Positions 13,164 through 27,072 of a stretch of DNA of 64,000 bases are shown one piece after another (position 1 is the stretch's first letter; every line of letters begins with the position of its first letter). The notes under the pieces were generated by a model. It had not been told where the DNA came from. It saw only the letters and a list, made by a program, of their open reading frames with translations, and made no database searches. The DNA is from Albugo candida (lineage: Eukaryota). Location of the stretch: the NCBI GenBank assembly GCA_040437565.1, contig JBDOQK010000042.1, positions 248,001 to 312,000 on the forward strand, read 5' to 3'. A program made the position numbers and the translations under genes.

Positions 13164-13729
13164 GGGAGCCTTTAGTATTCACTTCCCCCTAGTTCATTGG
13201 CTAAAATTCACACAAATTTACACAAATTGACATTAGACTGAAATCAATGTATACTCACTTGTAACAACTACTACCGCTCAACTCATTACCACTCAATTCA
13301 CTCAGTAGGAAAAAAGCTTCAGATCCTCAGGTTTCTAGATCAATCAGCCAATCTCTTATAATCGCTAATACGCACAGAGTAAAAGTTAAGGTTGTTATTT
13401 TTTAATATTAAAAACAGCTTTTTTTTTAGTATTTTTAGGATGTAGTGTCTATAATCGCAAAATGTTCACGTCCTACATAAAAGCCACGATTGGTAATGTA
13501 CATAATAAAGCAAGTTTTATTTTTGTAAGTGCTGAGTGTATATGGTTGGTTAATAAGTTGACTTCAATTTCATATTGTGTTTGTGTTGAGGTGAAGTTGA
13601 AAGGGAGTCACCGCGCGTGATGGGTGATGCATTTTAGCCAAGGAATTAGTGATGACAGATGCATTTTGGCCAATGAGTTAAGGGGCAAGTGAATACTATC
13701 AAGAGGGTGCGTGAATACTAAAGGCTCCC
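13164..13729. mobile_element. Non-autonomous TIR element (MITE 2), Mutator-like
   Basis: 19-bp perfect TIR GGGAGCCTTTAGTATTCAC (13164-13182 / 13711-13729), plus an inner subterminal inverted copy. Flanks ATTATAAA / ATTATGAA are consistent with a one-mismatch 8-9 bp TSD. Confidence 0.85.
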
Positions 13730-13752
13730 ATTATGAAAGGGATTTAAAAAAA

Positions 13753-14607
13753 GGGAATTGCTATTCCCACCGACCACGTGACTTTTGACCAAACAGTTAC
13801 CGGCGTTATTTCTTCTCAACTTTTTACTATTTCACCCACCACGTGACTTTCTGATTAATCAGATTACGGCGTTCTTTCCACCCAAGTTATTTTTACTATT
13901 TCCACCCATGTTTTTATGATAGGGGCACTTCTTTCAAAGGTACAAAGAATTTTTTCTGGTAGTTAGCTTTCGCAAACGTGCACTCGATTGCACCTCAGGG
14001 AGCTTCAGGATTCGGGCGATGCATACAAACGGTATAGCGGTATAAAGATGCCAAGTCTACTGAAAACAGTTACATGCAACATCTAGAAGAGATAGCCCAT
14101 CCCATACAGTACACCGCAATGCGTCTGTGCGCTTGAAAACCGGCTTGAACAAGTTACAAATGTTTTACAAGTTATTTAAATTTTTGCTCGTGGTGTTAAT
14201 GAAATACGGCAAAAGATCGCTGCCGTTATCAGTCAATTTCTCAGACTGAACGTACTTTCAATTCCTACAAAAAAGACTCTCGCAAGATGTAGTATTTAGA
14301 CGACAGATGATGGCGATCCGTAAATGCATACTTTTCTGTTTGCGGACGACGCCGTACAACAAAAAGCATGAGAGAATTGGCTGATCTAGGATTGGGATTA
14401 TAGAAAGGTGTGCAAGTATGAGTTCTGATACCTTCAATCGGCATGCAGGACTGTGAATCTGCAGCCATATCTTGGAACAGCGGGGTGGAAATACCGCCGT
14501 AATCTGATTGGTCAGTAAGTCACGTGGTGGGTGGAAATAGTAAGAAGTTGGGTGGAAATAAACTGATTGGTCAAAAAGGCACGAGGTGGGTGGAAATAGC
14601 AATTCCC
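13753..14607. mobile_element. Non-autonomous TIR element (MITE 3), Mutator-like
   Basis: Imperfect TIR of about 46 bp, GGGAATTGCTATT(C/T)CCACC...TTTTGACCAA(A/T)CAGTT, at both ends. Internal CCACCCACCACGTGACTT-type repeats. Flanks TAAAAAAA / TAAAGAAA. Confidence 0.85.
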
Positions 14608-14618
14608 TAAAGAAAACA

Positions 14619-14820
14619 GGGAACCGTTACAATCCCCTCAGTGCTTTTGGTACAATCCCCTCAGTCTGATGTGATTGGCTAATGTGCGAGACATCGATAT
14701 GATTGGCTAATTACCGAGGCTGAGGATTCAACCATACCGACTGCGAAAGAGGCTATCATTCTCACCCGGAAACCATCTTTTAAGACCAAGTTTATAAAAA
14801 AACAAGTTTCTTATGTCATG
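14619..14820. mobile_element. Probable left end of a fourth GGGA-terminated TIR element (truncated; right boundary approximate)
   Basis: Starts GGGAACCGTTACAATCCCCTCAG with an immediate subterminal repeat (TACAATCCCCTCAGT twice) and two TGATTGGCTAAT motifs. Same layout as MITEs 1-3. No matching right TIR seen. Confidence 0.45.
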
Positions 14821-15013
14821 AATGACCCGACCCGTACAAAGTGAAATATTAGGTCTCAGTTTATAGAATAGAATTTTTTTGTGCTATCAACAAACCGTGA
14901 ACAACGAAATAGTCTAACAACAATGAGCTACACGAACAAACGCGAACGCTAACTGAACCCAAATTGAGCGCAAAATAGTCCACGTCGAAAAATAGCAGCA
15001 TGATATCATATTG

Positions 15014-16400
15014 TGTTGGCAGGTGAGCGAAGATGCGGTGTTTCAGAAAATTGCCAAAACTGATGGGGGGTTTTCGAAAAAAAAATCCTAAACAATCGTT
15101 TAAACTAAGTTCCAAGTGCGACTAAAAACCTAAAACACATTCTTAAGTTCTTTCGACACTCCTTGCTTTCCGGCTGCACTTGGAGTTGTGTCATCTTCAA
15201 CTTGCATCGTCCGATCCCTTAACTGCCATAACTCCTTTAGCTGAAAAAATCTTGGCGTCGGAAACGCCTTCGTCTGCAAGTCGGTCATCATCTTCGACTT
15301 ATGTACCTACCTTAGTGCGATAATTTTTCTACCCATGTTCGCTCTGACGAATTCTAGTCGGACGTCGATATGTTTTTCCTTGATTGAAGTAGCTTCGTTG
15401 AGAAATTGACTGATAGCCGCCTGGTTATCCATCCACAAGATCATTGGCTCCTTCACTTCGACTTTCAACTCGCTGAATAATTCCCTTGCTCCAAGTAATT
15501 CTTGCGATGCCTTCGATGCTACTACAAACCCTGCTTCCATCGTCGATAATGCCACTGAGTGCTGCTTCTTGCATGACCAGCTGATCGTCATCACTCCATT
15601 CAAAGTGAATGCTGTACCAGATATGCTCTTTTTCGTTTCATCATCTACTGCGTAATCAGCATCTGAAAACGCTTCCAGAGTGACTTCCCTGACATTCGTG
15701 CATACTTCACCACCCAAATAGAGCTTCAGACTTTTAGTACCCTTAAGATACTTCACTACTCTGACACCTAACGCCCAATCGGCTGTTGTTAGTTCATGTG
15801 TACGTATCGTCAGCTTATGCACAGCGAAACTGTTGTCTGGACGCGCGCAGCGTGCCATCCACAAAAGGCTGCCCGCCACAGACTGAAACTTCTGGATGGT
15901 TGGTTTCTTCAATGAAGGTATTTCCAAGCAGTCCGATTTTGATGTTGTACTATCACTGTAGTCTTGAGTGATAGACTTGAGAGCCGGATGCGCTTCATTT
16001 ATTACCATTTTCGTTATTAATTCGCATATAGACGGTTTCTGATCTAAAGAGTATCCATCTTTATCGCTGTAGTGAACTCGCATGCCCAAAAACTTGCTGA
16101 CGGGTCCGAGATGCTTGATCAAAAGATTTCAAATACTATCAAATGTCGACTCGATTCTCGAAAAACCTGTCCCCATTATCAGTACATTGTCGACATATAC
16201 CCCCAAAACTGTAATTCCATTTGTTTCTTGGTCGTAATACAAGCGTTAGTCTGTTAGACTTTGTTTAAATCTGCATCGCTAACCTTCTCATGTAACAGGT
16301 GACCCCACAGCCGTCCTGCTTCAGCTGTCCTGCTTGTTTCAGCCTATATAGGCTCTTCTTGAGCGTAGTACCACTTGATCCCGACTCGTAACACCCAGTT
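15014..16400 (-). mobile_element. Ty1/copia LTR-retrotransposon remnant (RT/RNase H, PPT and putative short 3' LTR)
   Basis: LKKSLYRLKQA, LGPVSKFLGM, FSDADYA, SWSCKKQHSVALSTMEA, MDNQAAI and KHIDVR motifs, with stops and frameshifts. Purine tract AAGCAAGGAG is followed by TGTCG at 15158, with CCAACA ending at 15014 on the minus strand. Confidence 0.9.
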
Positions 16401-16500
16401 NNNNNNNNNNNNNNNNNNNNNNNNNNNNNNNNNNNNNNNNNNNNNNNNNNNNNNNNNNNNNNNNNNNNNNNNNNNNNNNNNNNNNNNNNNNNNNNNNNNN

Positions 16501-17234
16501 GTACAAGAAATCGGACGACAGAACGATTATGCTTCGGGCATACTGTGACGCAAATTGGGGAAATGAGAAGAAGACTCGTCGATCTACATCTAGTGTGATT
16601 TTGCTCGGTGGCGCGGTTGTCGTACATAAAAAGCGTCAAACTTTGGTAGCTTTATCATCTGCTGAAGCGGAATATATGGCACTGGCACTAGCTACACAAG
16701 AAATTAAATGGATTCCTTATTTGCTGAAATAGATGAGTGTCACGTGTAAGACCGCGACTACAGTGCACATGGACAGCAAATCGGCGTAAGTATTGCGACG
16801 AATCAAGGCTGCACACCAAGAGCTAAACATATTGACCTCAGGTTGCATTTTGTTCGTGACACGTTGAACAAGGCGAGATCCAACTCAAGCATATTCCGTC
16901 AGCTAGGCAGCTTGCTGATTACCTGACGAAGCCACTCGGTGCATCGCAATTACTGCAGCTACGCAATGAAAGTGGAATCCGCGAGAGTGCAAGTTGAAGG
17001 GGGTGTAGCGGATTACGCATCACGACGGTTATGTGTGTCGTGAATAGGGCAACTTGCATGGACAGTGATCATCGAACTATTTGGAAAAGTGATCAGTTTA
17101 GTGTGGAACTCATACATTCATTCTTAACAGTGTTCTAACTCTTTATATCGCTTTCCTTTTTCAGCATTGAGAAGTAGTTATGCTTTTCGTTTTAGCATAC
17201 TCATACGTTCATGACTTCATAGCGCTGGTCCACA
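16501..17234 (+). mobile_element. Second Ty1/copia remnant (RNase H, PPT and putative 3' LTR)
   Basis: YCDANWG...RRSTS...KRQTLVALSSAEAEY, then KHIDLRLHFVRD and QLADYLTKPL with internal stops. PPT GAAGGGGG (16996-17003) is followed by TGTAG at 17004. Putative LTR end CCACA at 17234. Confidence 0.88.
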
Positions 17235-17739
17235 AAAGTGAGGTACTGTAAGTCTGTCCCTGTGAAAAAGCGGTAATGTGCGATGTTAACACGATAGCAT
17301 CAAATGTAATTTACCAAATAATATGCAACAAAGACAAAATGGAACGTGTCTATCCGGATTGACCAAAAATCAGGCATGTGCTGAGTATAGTATCAATTCC
17401 GTCAGCAGCCTTTTGCGGAATCAAAGTGCAAGAAAAAGCAACAATACGAATAGTCTAGCTCCAGAAATTCACTACGATGTACCTACTCAGCGAAGTTGCT
17501 GCGATGAACATTGGATTCGCTTGCATGCATTCATCAGAAATTATTATTTGAGCCACCAGCAAGTCTTAAAACTCTTAAGTCTGTATAAGTCGAGCTATCT
17601 GAAAAAACACGTTTTCATGTCACATGATCGAGCAATTTGATGACAGTCACTTTATCAATTGCGTTATGAATAGAAACACAAGAGTACAGTGAGTGCGAGC
17701 AGCCAAATAACTAGTTATATTTGATAGACTGTTTTCATA

Positions 17740-18595
17740 ATGCACGCTTGCTATTTGCTAACGCCTGAAAATGCGCCAAAGCATATGAATAGCACTTATA
17801 TCGGATACACCATCTCACCACACCGAAGATTGCGGCAGCATAACGGAGAGATAAAGAATGGTGCCAAGCGTACGCTTTCCTACAGACCTTGGTAAAAACG
17901 CATTCATTGGGTAATTTAGAAAGAATTGTGAGTGTTTGTCATAGGCAAATGGTCGCGTTTATTCACGGCTTTCCAACGAAGTTTTGCGCTTTACGATGTA
18001 CGAGGTATACCAGATTGATTTTAAATATGTTTACTGAGTGATGCATAGTTGAGTGGGCGTGGCAGCATCCGTTAAGCTCTCGTCTTGCACGAGATCGATT
18101 GTTGCGATTGAAGAATAAGAAGGGAATTGGACGCGTATATTCCGTCAAGCGGAAACTGATTGAATTATTTGAACTGGCACAATTAGATAATTGGAAAGAT
18201 CTGATTCTCGAAATCAGCTTTTGTTCTGAGTGTAAGGGTTCTCGGTATGTAATCTGTGAACGATATGCTGATCGTTTGTATCAGCTTTTCATCAACTTGC
18301 TCGAGAATCAGGCTATTATAAAACCTCCAGTAAGCTTCAGTGTATCACAAAACCGATCGATATAAAGGATCCAACCAAAAAAACAAGAAGGAATGCGTGC
18401 TACTTGTGCGAACTATCACTCAACAGCACTGATGAAATTACGCGTTGCTTATGTAAGATGCGGTACCACAATAGCTGTCTACTTGATCATAATATGGCTA
18501 CCGGCACAGAAGAGATCGTATGCCTCATATGTCAGCGATCTATACAAGCTCACTCCGTAAAAAATGGTTCGAGCATCATCGATCTCACCGACTGA
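17740..18595 (+). CDS. SLX1: Structure-specific endonuclease subunit SLX1 (GIY-YIG plus C-terminal RING/PHD-type zinc finger), multi-exon
   Basis: Manual splicing (introns 17892-17944 and 17998-18048, at least one more downstream) gives MHACYLL...TYIGYTISPHRRLRQHNGEIKNGAKRT...[28 protein letters not shown]. C-terminal CxxC...CxC...HxxC...CxxC. Confidence 0.92.
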
Positions 18596-19314
18596 GTCAG
18601 TATGTGTATAATTAATTTATTGCAAATATGGCCACTTCGTGTGTGTAAAATCAAGTCGCTTCGCAGTATCAGTTGCAATACCCACCCAAGAGTCAATGTG
18701 AATTGGACAACTTGAATGGACTTTCTATCGCAATTGCATCATCTGATCAGTGATTCTATTCAGTGGTTCAAAGATCTTGAATCTTTTCAAATAATGAACT
18801 TCAGCTTCTTTTTCTCAGACAGGCGGAAAGAACAAAGCAGGATGAGGGTTACAAGGTAGTCTGATCTCTTCCGGACGGATTATAGTATGAGTATGATCAC
18901 TTCCGCCGATACAGTTTGCTTCATGTAACGCTTATAATCTGCACCTATCTATACGGATGAGCAAATGCTCCGACGTACAAATCGTACTTGAGAACTTAAG
19001 AGCGACTTCGAAACCGTATCGAACCCATACTTTGATGGAATGTGTAAAAACCGACCCAGCATTCATCCAATGACATCTCGTTTATCCGACAGATGAATAT
19101 CATACAGACACTTGATTTCCAGAGAGAATTGCAGTGAGCGGGGTCAAGTGTAACCATCTGGGCTGGTCACCTCTCCCGACAAACCCTAATTCTACCTTTT
19201 GGTTATTACACAACATTTGTAATCAGGAGCATTGTGTTATATATTATAAAGATTGATTATGAGTATTATTCAAGTTGCGGTTGATCGCACACTTACTGAC
19301 ACTTTCAGGTAAAA

Positions 19315-20338
19315 ATGGCACAAAGACGTATACGATCGCAAAGTATGCAGCAATTTTCAACGACATCCAATGAGCTCGCTCGTGATGGAGGCACATCAGG
19401 CTCTTTTGTTAGTAAATTGTATCGAATGGTGGATGGAGAGCCATCTGCGATAATCAGTTGGATCCGAGGTGCGCATGAACTTCTTTTTTGGTTGATATAA
19501 ACTCTCACAGTGCCTCTTTCTTCTTCTGCCAGATGGAACTGCATTTTGTATCGTGGACCCCAAACGTATGACACAAGAATGTCTTCCGAAATATTTCCGT
19601 CATGGTCGCTTCTCAAGTTTAATTCGCCAATTGAATTTTTACAGTTTCTATCGAGTGCAGGAGGGTCAACTTACGATATACCAACACTCTTATTTCCGCA
19701 AAGGAAGACCGGATTTACTGGTCCACATCAAACGTCGAGCAGCAGGAAAAGCAAAGGACCCATGGGTTGACCCATTGGCACATGCTAGAGCGCACGGTCC
19801 TTCCATGGCAACTTCCAGATTACAAGCGGCTGGAACATCCATCACATCACATGACAATATTCCAGTTTTTTGTCGATCTGTATCGACACCATACGAAGCA
19901 ACGCTTTCCAATGTCAAGCCGAACCATTATCAAACTGACAAGCAGTTTGGATTTCATCCGATTCAGTATCAAAAAACACTAGAACAAAATCGAACCAATC
20001 AAGTGCCAAAGCAGCTTACCGCATCAAATGTATTGATGAATGATAAAGTGTACGATAATCATCCAATGATTTTGAACGATGGAGTCAACGTGTTACAAGA
20101 CTTGGATAAAATGGACATGAATGACTACTCATTGGACGTAAATGTGTCGAACTTGACTGTAGACGTTTCGTCGTGGGAAAACAAACTTCTCTTTGATGAT
20201 CCGAATAGTACGAGGAGTGACTCATTTGAGCAAGAAGTACTGACCGATTTGGCCAATACGCGACCAGATGCGTGGGATTCTCCTCTATCATTGGATGAAG
20301 ACAATTTAATTCCGTGGCTCGAACTTTGCTTCAATTGA
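19315..20338 (+). CDS. HSF-type DNA-binding transcription factor; intron 19469-19532
   Basis: Spliced sequence FVSKLYRMVD...IISWIRDGTAFCIVDP...CLPKYFRHGRFSSLIRQLNFYSFYRV...YQHSYFRKGRPDLLVHIKRR is an HSF domain. Acidic C-terminus. Confidence 0.92.
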
Positions 20339-20683
20339 GTCATTCAGGTTGGTCGTGTGATGGTCAAGAAATAGTATCGACAGTCGGACAACCACGCGTT
20401 TGTTCGATGCTCATAAATGATATCCTAAATTATAGTTCCGGAGCAGAAAACAGCTAGTATTGTGTACTATACAGTGTATATTTGTTCACCATTCCCCGTC
20501 TTTCAGTAACCATTCATTTACTACTTCATAGTATGAGGGTAAAAGTTTTCCGATTGTACCGACAAGTTGTATTAAAGTCGCAGNNNNNNNNNNNNNNNNN
20601 NNNNNNNNNNNNNNNNNNNNNNNNNNNNNNNNNNNNNNNNNNNNNNNNNNNNNNNNNNNNNNNNNNNNNNNNNNNNNNNNNNN

Positions 20684-21393
20684 GGCACTTGATTGGTTCG
20701 ATTTTGTTCTAGTGTTTTTTGATACTGAATCGGATGAAATCCAAACTGCTTGTCAGTTTGAATTTCATCCGATTCAGTATCAAAAAACACTAGAACAAAA
20801 TCGAACCAATCAAGTGCCAAAGCAGCTTACCGCATCAAATGTATTGATGAATGATAAAGTGTACGATAATCATCCAATGATTTTGAACGATGGAGTCAAC
20901 GTGTTACAAGACTTGGATAAAATGGACATGAATGACTACTCATTGGACGTAAATGTGTCGAACTTGACTGTAGACGTTTCGTCGTGGGAAAACAAACTTC
21001 TCTTTGATGATCCGAATAGTACGAGGAGTGACTCATTTGAGCAAGAAGTACTGACCGATTTGGCCAATACGCGACCAGATGCGTGGGATTCTCCTCTATC
21101 ATTGGATGAAGACAATTTAATTCCGTGGCTCGAACTTTGCTTCAATTGAGTCATTCAGGTTGGTCGTGTGATGGTCAAGAAATAGTATCGACAGTCGGAC
21201 AACCACGCGTTTGTTCGATGCTCATAAATGATATCCTAAATTATAGTTCCGGAGCAGAAAACAGCTAGTATTGTGTACTATACAGTGTATATTTGTTCAC
21301 CATTCCCCGTCTTTCAGTAACCATTCATTTACTACTTCATAGTATGAGGGTAAAAGTTTTCCGATTGTACCGACAAGTTGTATTAAAGTCGCA
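20684..21393 (+). repeat. Gap-flanking duplication of about 19950-20583, preceded by a short inverted copy; probable assembly artefact
   Basis: About 20760-21393 repeats the HSF 3' half and downstream DNA. 20684-20760 is the reverse complement of about 19930-20010. Confidence 0.85.
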
Positions 21394-21586
21394 GGCATTT
21401 CCAAATAAATCCATCGCTCAAAAGTTACGGTTCAATGCGAAGGAGCTAATTCGACTGTACGGCCATGAAAGCGACCTTATACGGATTGAAACGCACATTA
21501 GACAAGGATACAAAGCTCTTGGAATCTATGATCTCTTACAACAAGAGCCACTTTTATTACAAGCCTGTCTACGAAAGGCCAAGTAG
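21344..21586 (+). CDS. LYR-motif (Complex1_LYR family) mitochondrial protein, 80 aa
   Basis: MRVKVFRLYRQVVLKSQAFP...LRFNAKELIRLYGHESDLIRIETHIRQG shows the LYR tripeptide, downstream F and the helical E-x-D...I...G pattern of LYRM proteins. Confidence 0.75.
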   Translation: MRVKVFRLYRQVVLKSQAFPNKSIAQKLRFNAKELIRLYGHESDLIRIETHIRQGYKALGIYDLLQQEPLLLQACLRKAK

Positions 21587-21609
21587 CTGTAATCCAAATA
21601 ATGATCTAT

Positions 21610-22617
21610 TTACTGAAGTGAGCACATACGACTCGACACTGTGTTTCTTGGGACTAATTGTTGCGACTGCAATAATGTCTCACGAGCTGTAATCTTTTGC
21701 AATAAATCTTCTCCGACGTTTTGGAAGCGTTCAATCCATTCCTTCCTTTCTAATTGGTTCATATTGCTATGTTGTTCCAATAATTCGATAACTTTCCCGT
21801 TGAAGTCACCCAACTTACTTGCACTGGTCACATCATTATTCTCCAATCGCTGCTGAACTAGTTCTGATAATTGCAAGAGATTTTCTTTGTCCAATTGTAA
21901 TTGTTTTAATTGCGCACATATTTCGTCCTGCGTCTGTGACCACTTTGTTTCCGTTTTTGCATGCAACTCTATAGCACGTGATTCGATCTTTTTTATCCAA
22001 TCTTTGTGCTCGTTACAAACATCATAAAGAGCTTTCAAACGTAAATTTTCACTTTGTTCCGCCGAAACCTCGGAAGTAGGAGTAGAATGTATAGATCGAT
22101 AGAAATTCACTACCAACCCGCTCGTTCCCCAAAACTCAATTAATTGTTCTGTTACCAGTAATTGAAACGACTACAACACACTGTCAATTCGTCAACATTT
22201 GTCAATTCATCTGATTGGTACCTTTTCGTGACAAATGGTACTAGTGACGTTTCTGTTCGGTGTGAATTGATATTGTATCGAGATCGATTCATTTTCTTCC
22301 GTCTTTTCAATTCCCATTTCAACATTTACCCATATTATCTGTCCAACCAAATGATTTAATGGCGCTTCTACTTCGCTTCCGTCTTCCAGCGCGTTTGAAT
22401 GCAATCGTGGAACAATTCGAATGCGAATCGTGTCAAATAAAATCTTCTGATGCGTTTCCCACTGAATTGTCGCGATTATGTCGATCGAAAATCTACACAA
22501 CCAGATGAATTGCGCGCATTATTCGACAGTGCCCGCTTACAAAAAAAGCAACGGCCTCAAACTCAAAAACGCATTTCCAATCGCTCGATTTTCGCTCGGG
22601 AAAAATGTGGTACGCAT
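21610..22617 (-). CDS. Hypothetical three-exon protein with C-terminal coiled coil; weak resemblance to a kinesin-3 stalk region
   Basis: ATG 22617, intron 22540-22493 and a second intron near 22220-22170 join MRTTFFPSENRAIGNAFLSLRPLLF..., the ORF 22207-22500 frame and the ORF 21610-22116 frame (E/Q/K/L-rich heptads). Confidence 0.6.
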
Positions 22618-22705
22618 ACGCAATGTTACACTGCAAATTAATTCTCATTTCCGTTACAAAAATCCCAAAAATACCAATATGTTCCAATAATTACAAGATT
22701 TCTAT

Positions 22706-24757
<2,052 letters not shown>

Positions 24758-25106
24758 TCAATACAGCGCTGCGTAGATGGCGTTTGGCTTTGACTTTTTG
24801 GACTTCAGTTTCTTTCTGGTGAAATATATTTTTTCTTCTTTAGATTTCAGTTATGTTTGAATTTCAAGAGGGCTTGAATCAGATTGGATCCGATCCACGA
24901 CTTTACATAATTGCAGTGCGCGTGGCAGTGACTGAACCAAAGTAAGTCAAGGCGTTATGTAAAATTTATGATAACTTCGGATAACATTACTGGGTTCAGC
25001 CGACCAACTCTTTGAATTGTTACCACAATCGTCTGATTGATCTGGTGATCGTGACTTACTTATGTTGTGTGATGTACACTAAAACACGTCAAGAAGCATC
25101 TTCACA

Positions 25107-26185
25107 ATGTTTACCTTTCGCACTCATCGCACTCAACGAGCTTTTCTGAGGATTCAAAATCAGAAAAAGTTTGAATCGACACTATCGTTCTTAGTAATTG
25201 ATGGGTATGCTCAAGAAGGAAGACGTGACTTGCAAGAAGGAGGCGCTTCAACGGCGGGCGAGCTTTACACAAGACTACTTACGCAATCAGCGTCATCCAA
25301 ATATGCAGTAAAATGTGATATTGTGTATCCCGCAGATGAGAGCTTTCAGCTTCCGACTTTAGCAAAGGTGCTATTCCAAAGCACATAAACGTATACCGTG
25401 TGTTTAATTGTCCAATCAAGTTTGATGCTGTAGCTTGGACTGGTTGCTCTCTTACAATTCATGAAGAAAATGACGCACGTGTGCAAAAACAGCTCCGTTT
25501 GGCCACTTCTTTGTTTGATTACGGTGCAAATCATCGCACTGTTGAATACGGTTTCTCATGTTCGGTTATAGGAATCCCTCAATTTGGAAGCTGTTGGGCT
25601 GCTCAAGTTGCAATCGTTGCGTCGGGAGGAATATGTGCTCGCAATCCACGTGGAAGAGAAATGGGTATTGCGAGAAAGATTGCGTTGACATCAGAGGGTC
25701 GTGCGCATCCTCTTTTTGAAGGAAAGCCAACTGTGTTTGATGCATTCACCAGTCACAATGATGAAATTACTCATTTGAGTACGGGAGGAGTCAAACTGGC
25801 TGGGAACAGAATATCAACCAATCAAGCGGTTGCCGTGCGGTATCTTCGAGTATGAAACAATTGTTCTCGAGGGTAGACGTCTGAGGGCAATTCTGCTTAG
25901 GGCGAATTTTGGGCAGTACAGTACCATCCCGAGTACAACCTCCACGAAATGGCACGATTGGTATATTGTCGTCGTCGAAGATTGATTAAGCTGGGATTCT
26001 TTCGAGACTTGAAAAGCGCCGATGACTATATAGACACGCTGGAGAATCTTCATATCGATCCTGGACGGTACGACCTTGCATGGAAAATCGGCGTTGACGC
26101 GGATATCATGGACGAGACGATTCGACTTTGTGAAACGCAAAATTTCATCAAGCATTTAGTTGTGCCGTACAGTTTGACAAAGTAG
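25107..26185 (+). CDS. Stand-alone class I glutamine amidotransferase-like protein; introns 25368-25420, 25524-25571, 25850-25900
   Basis: Spliced product has FDAVAWTG, nucleophile elbow FGSCWAAQ, SHNDEI and WAVQYHPE (complete Cys-His-Glu triad). Arg-rich N-terminus resembles a mitochondrial presequence. Confidence 0.88.
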
Positions 26186-27072
26186 AATTTTAAAGTCTAT
26201 CCGTTTAGTTGTGATGAGTACGAATTGCTGAAGTGTAAAATCCAGTGAGTACCTAATCCTACGTTCTGTCACTCTATGAAAGATTGCTACTCTCATCCCT
26301 GACGTCATGGTGTGTCGGTGATGTGGTAATGGCGTCGCTCGACCGAAGTCACCGGACTGAATAAGTTGATCGTGAGTTTTTTAATTTCACGATTTATATC
26401 TGATTGGTATTGAGTCTGCGGATTCAATCCTACATTTATGGAAAGATTATACTTTGCATGCTGAGATCCTATTGGCCCTATTTAATTCCAATCTGCCTGA
26501 AAACTGAGGACTCCACCGATTCCATCGAGAACCTTGACCTGTAACCCTTTCGTTTAATTCGCACAAAACATTCCTCGTACGGTTCACCTACTCCTAAGTA
26601 TCCGTTTCCATTCTCTTGCGCTAGCGCCAATCTGATCGTATGTACTATTACAGAGTACCTACAATGATTAGCGGTAGGGGGAAACAATCAGGTGGCACAG
26701 CCCAAATCACTGTCTCTAAACTACTTTAGAGTGGCGTTCAAGTAGTGCACTTTAAAGGACAAGCGATAACGAATCTTCTATATTCTCTCTATAACAACCT
26801 ATGTAATTCTTATTCTAATCGTACCCACACTATCCTCTCGACAGGCTTCAAAATAGTAGGATACGGTTTTCTGCTTCCACCCAACGCTGACAATCGAATT
26901 TTGTATGCCTCAGTGTTTTCTGAGCTTTTCTCTCTGAAGCGTGGGAGTTTAATCGACTTTCCCGTCGATTCAACTTTCTTAGTACATCTGAATGCGAAAC
27001 TCAAAGAAGGGCGTGACTTCTTTTTATCACTCAAACTTGTAACTTTCCCTCAGAACGCAATTTATTTGAAAC

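Noticed and set aside
20712-21149. Second HSF paralog
   Set aside because: Identical partial copy adjacent to an N gap and lacking the DNA-binding domain; best explained as an assembly overlap.
21344-21586. LYR protein as ISD11 partner clustered with NFS1
   Set aside because: Lacks the ISD11-typical F..YN(Y/F)R.Y..RR..D.F pattern and lies 17 kb away behind unrelated genes; the linkage is probably coincidental.
26208-26305. Box C/D snoRNA candidate (GTGATGA ... CTGA)
   Set aside because: No terminal stem and no convincing rRNA-complementary guide that I could identify.
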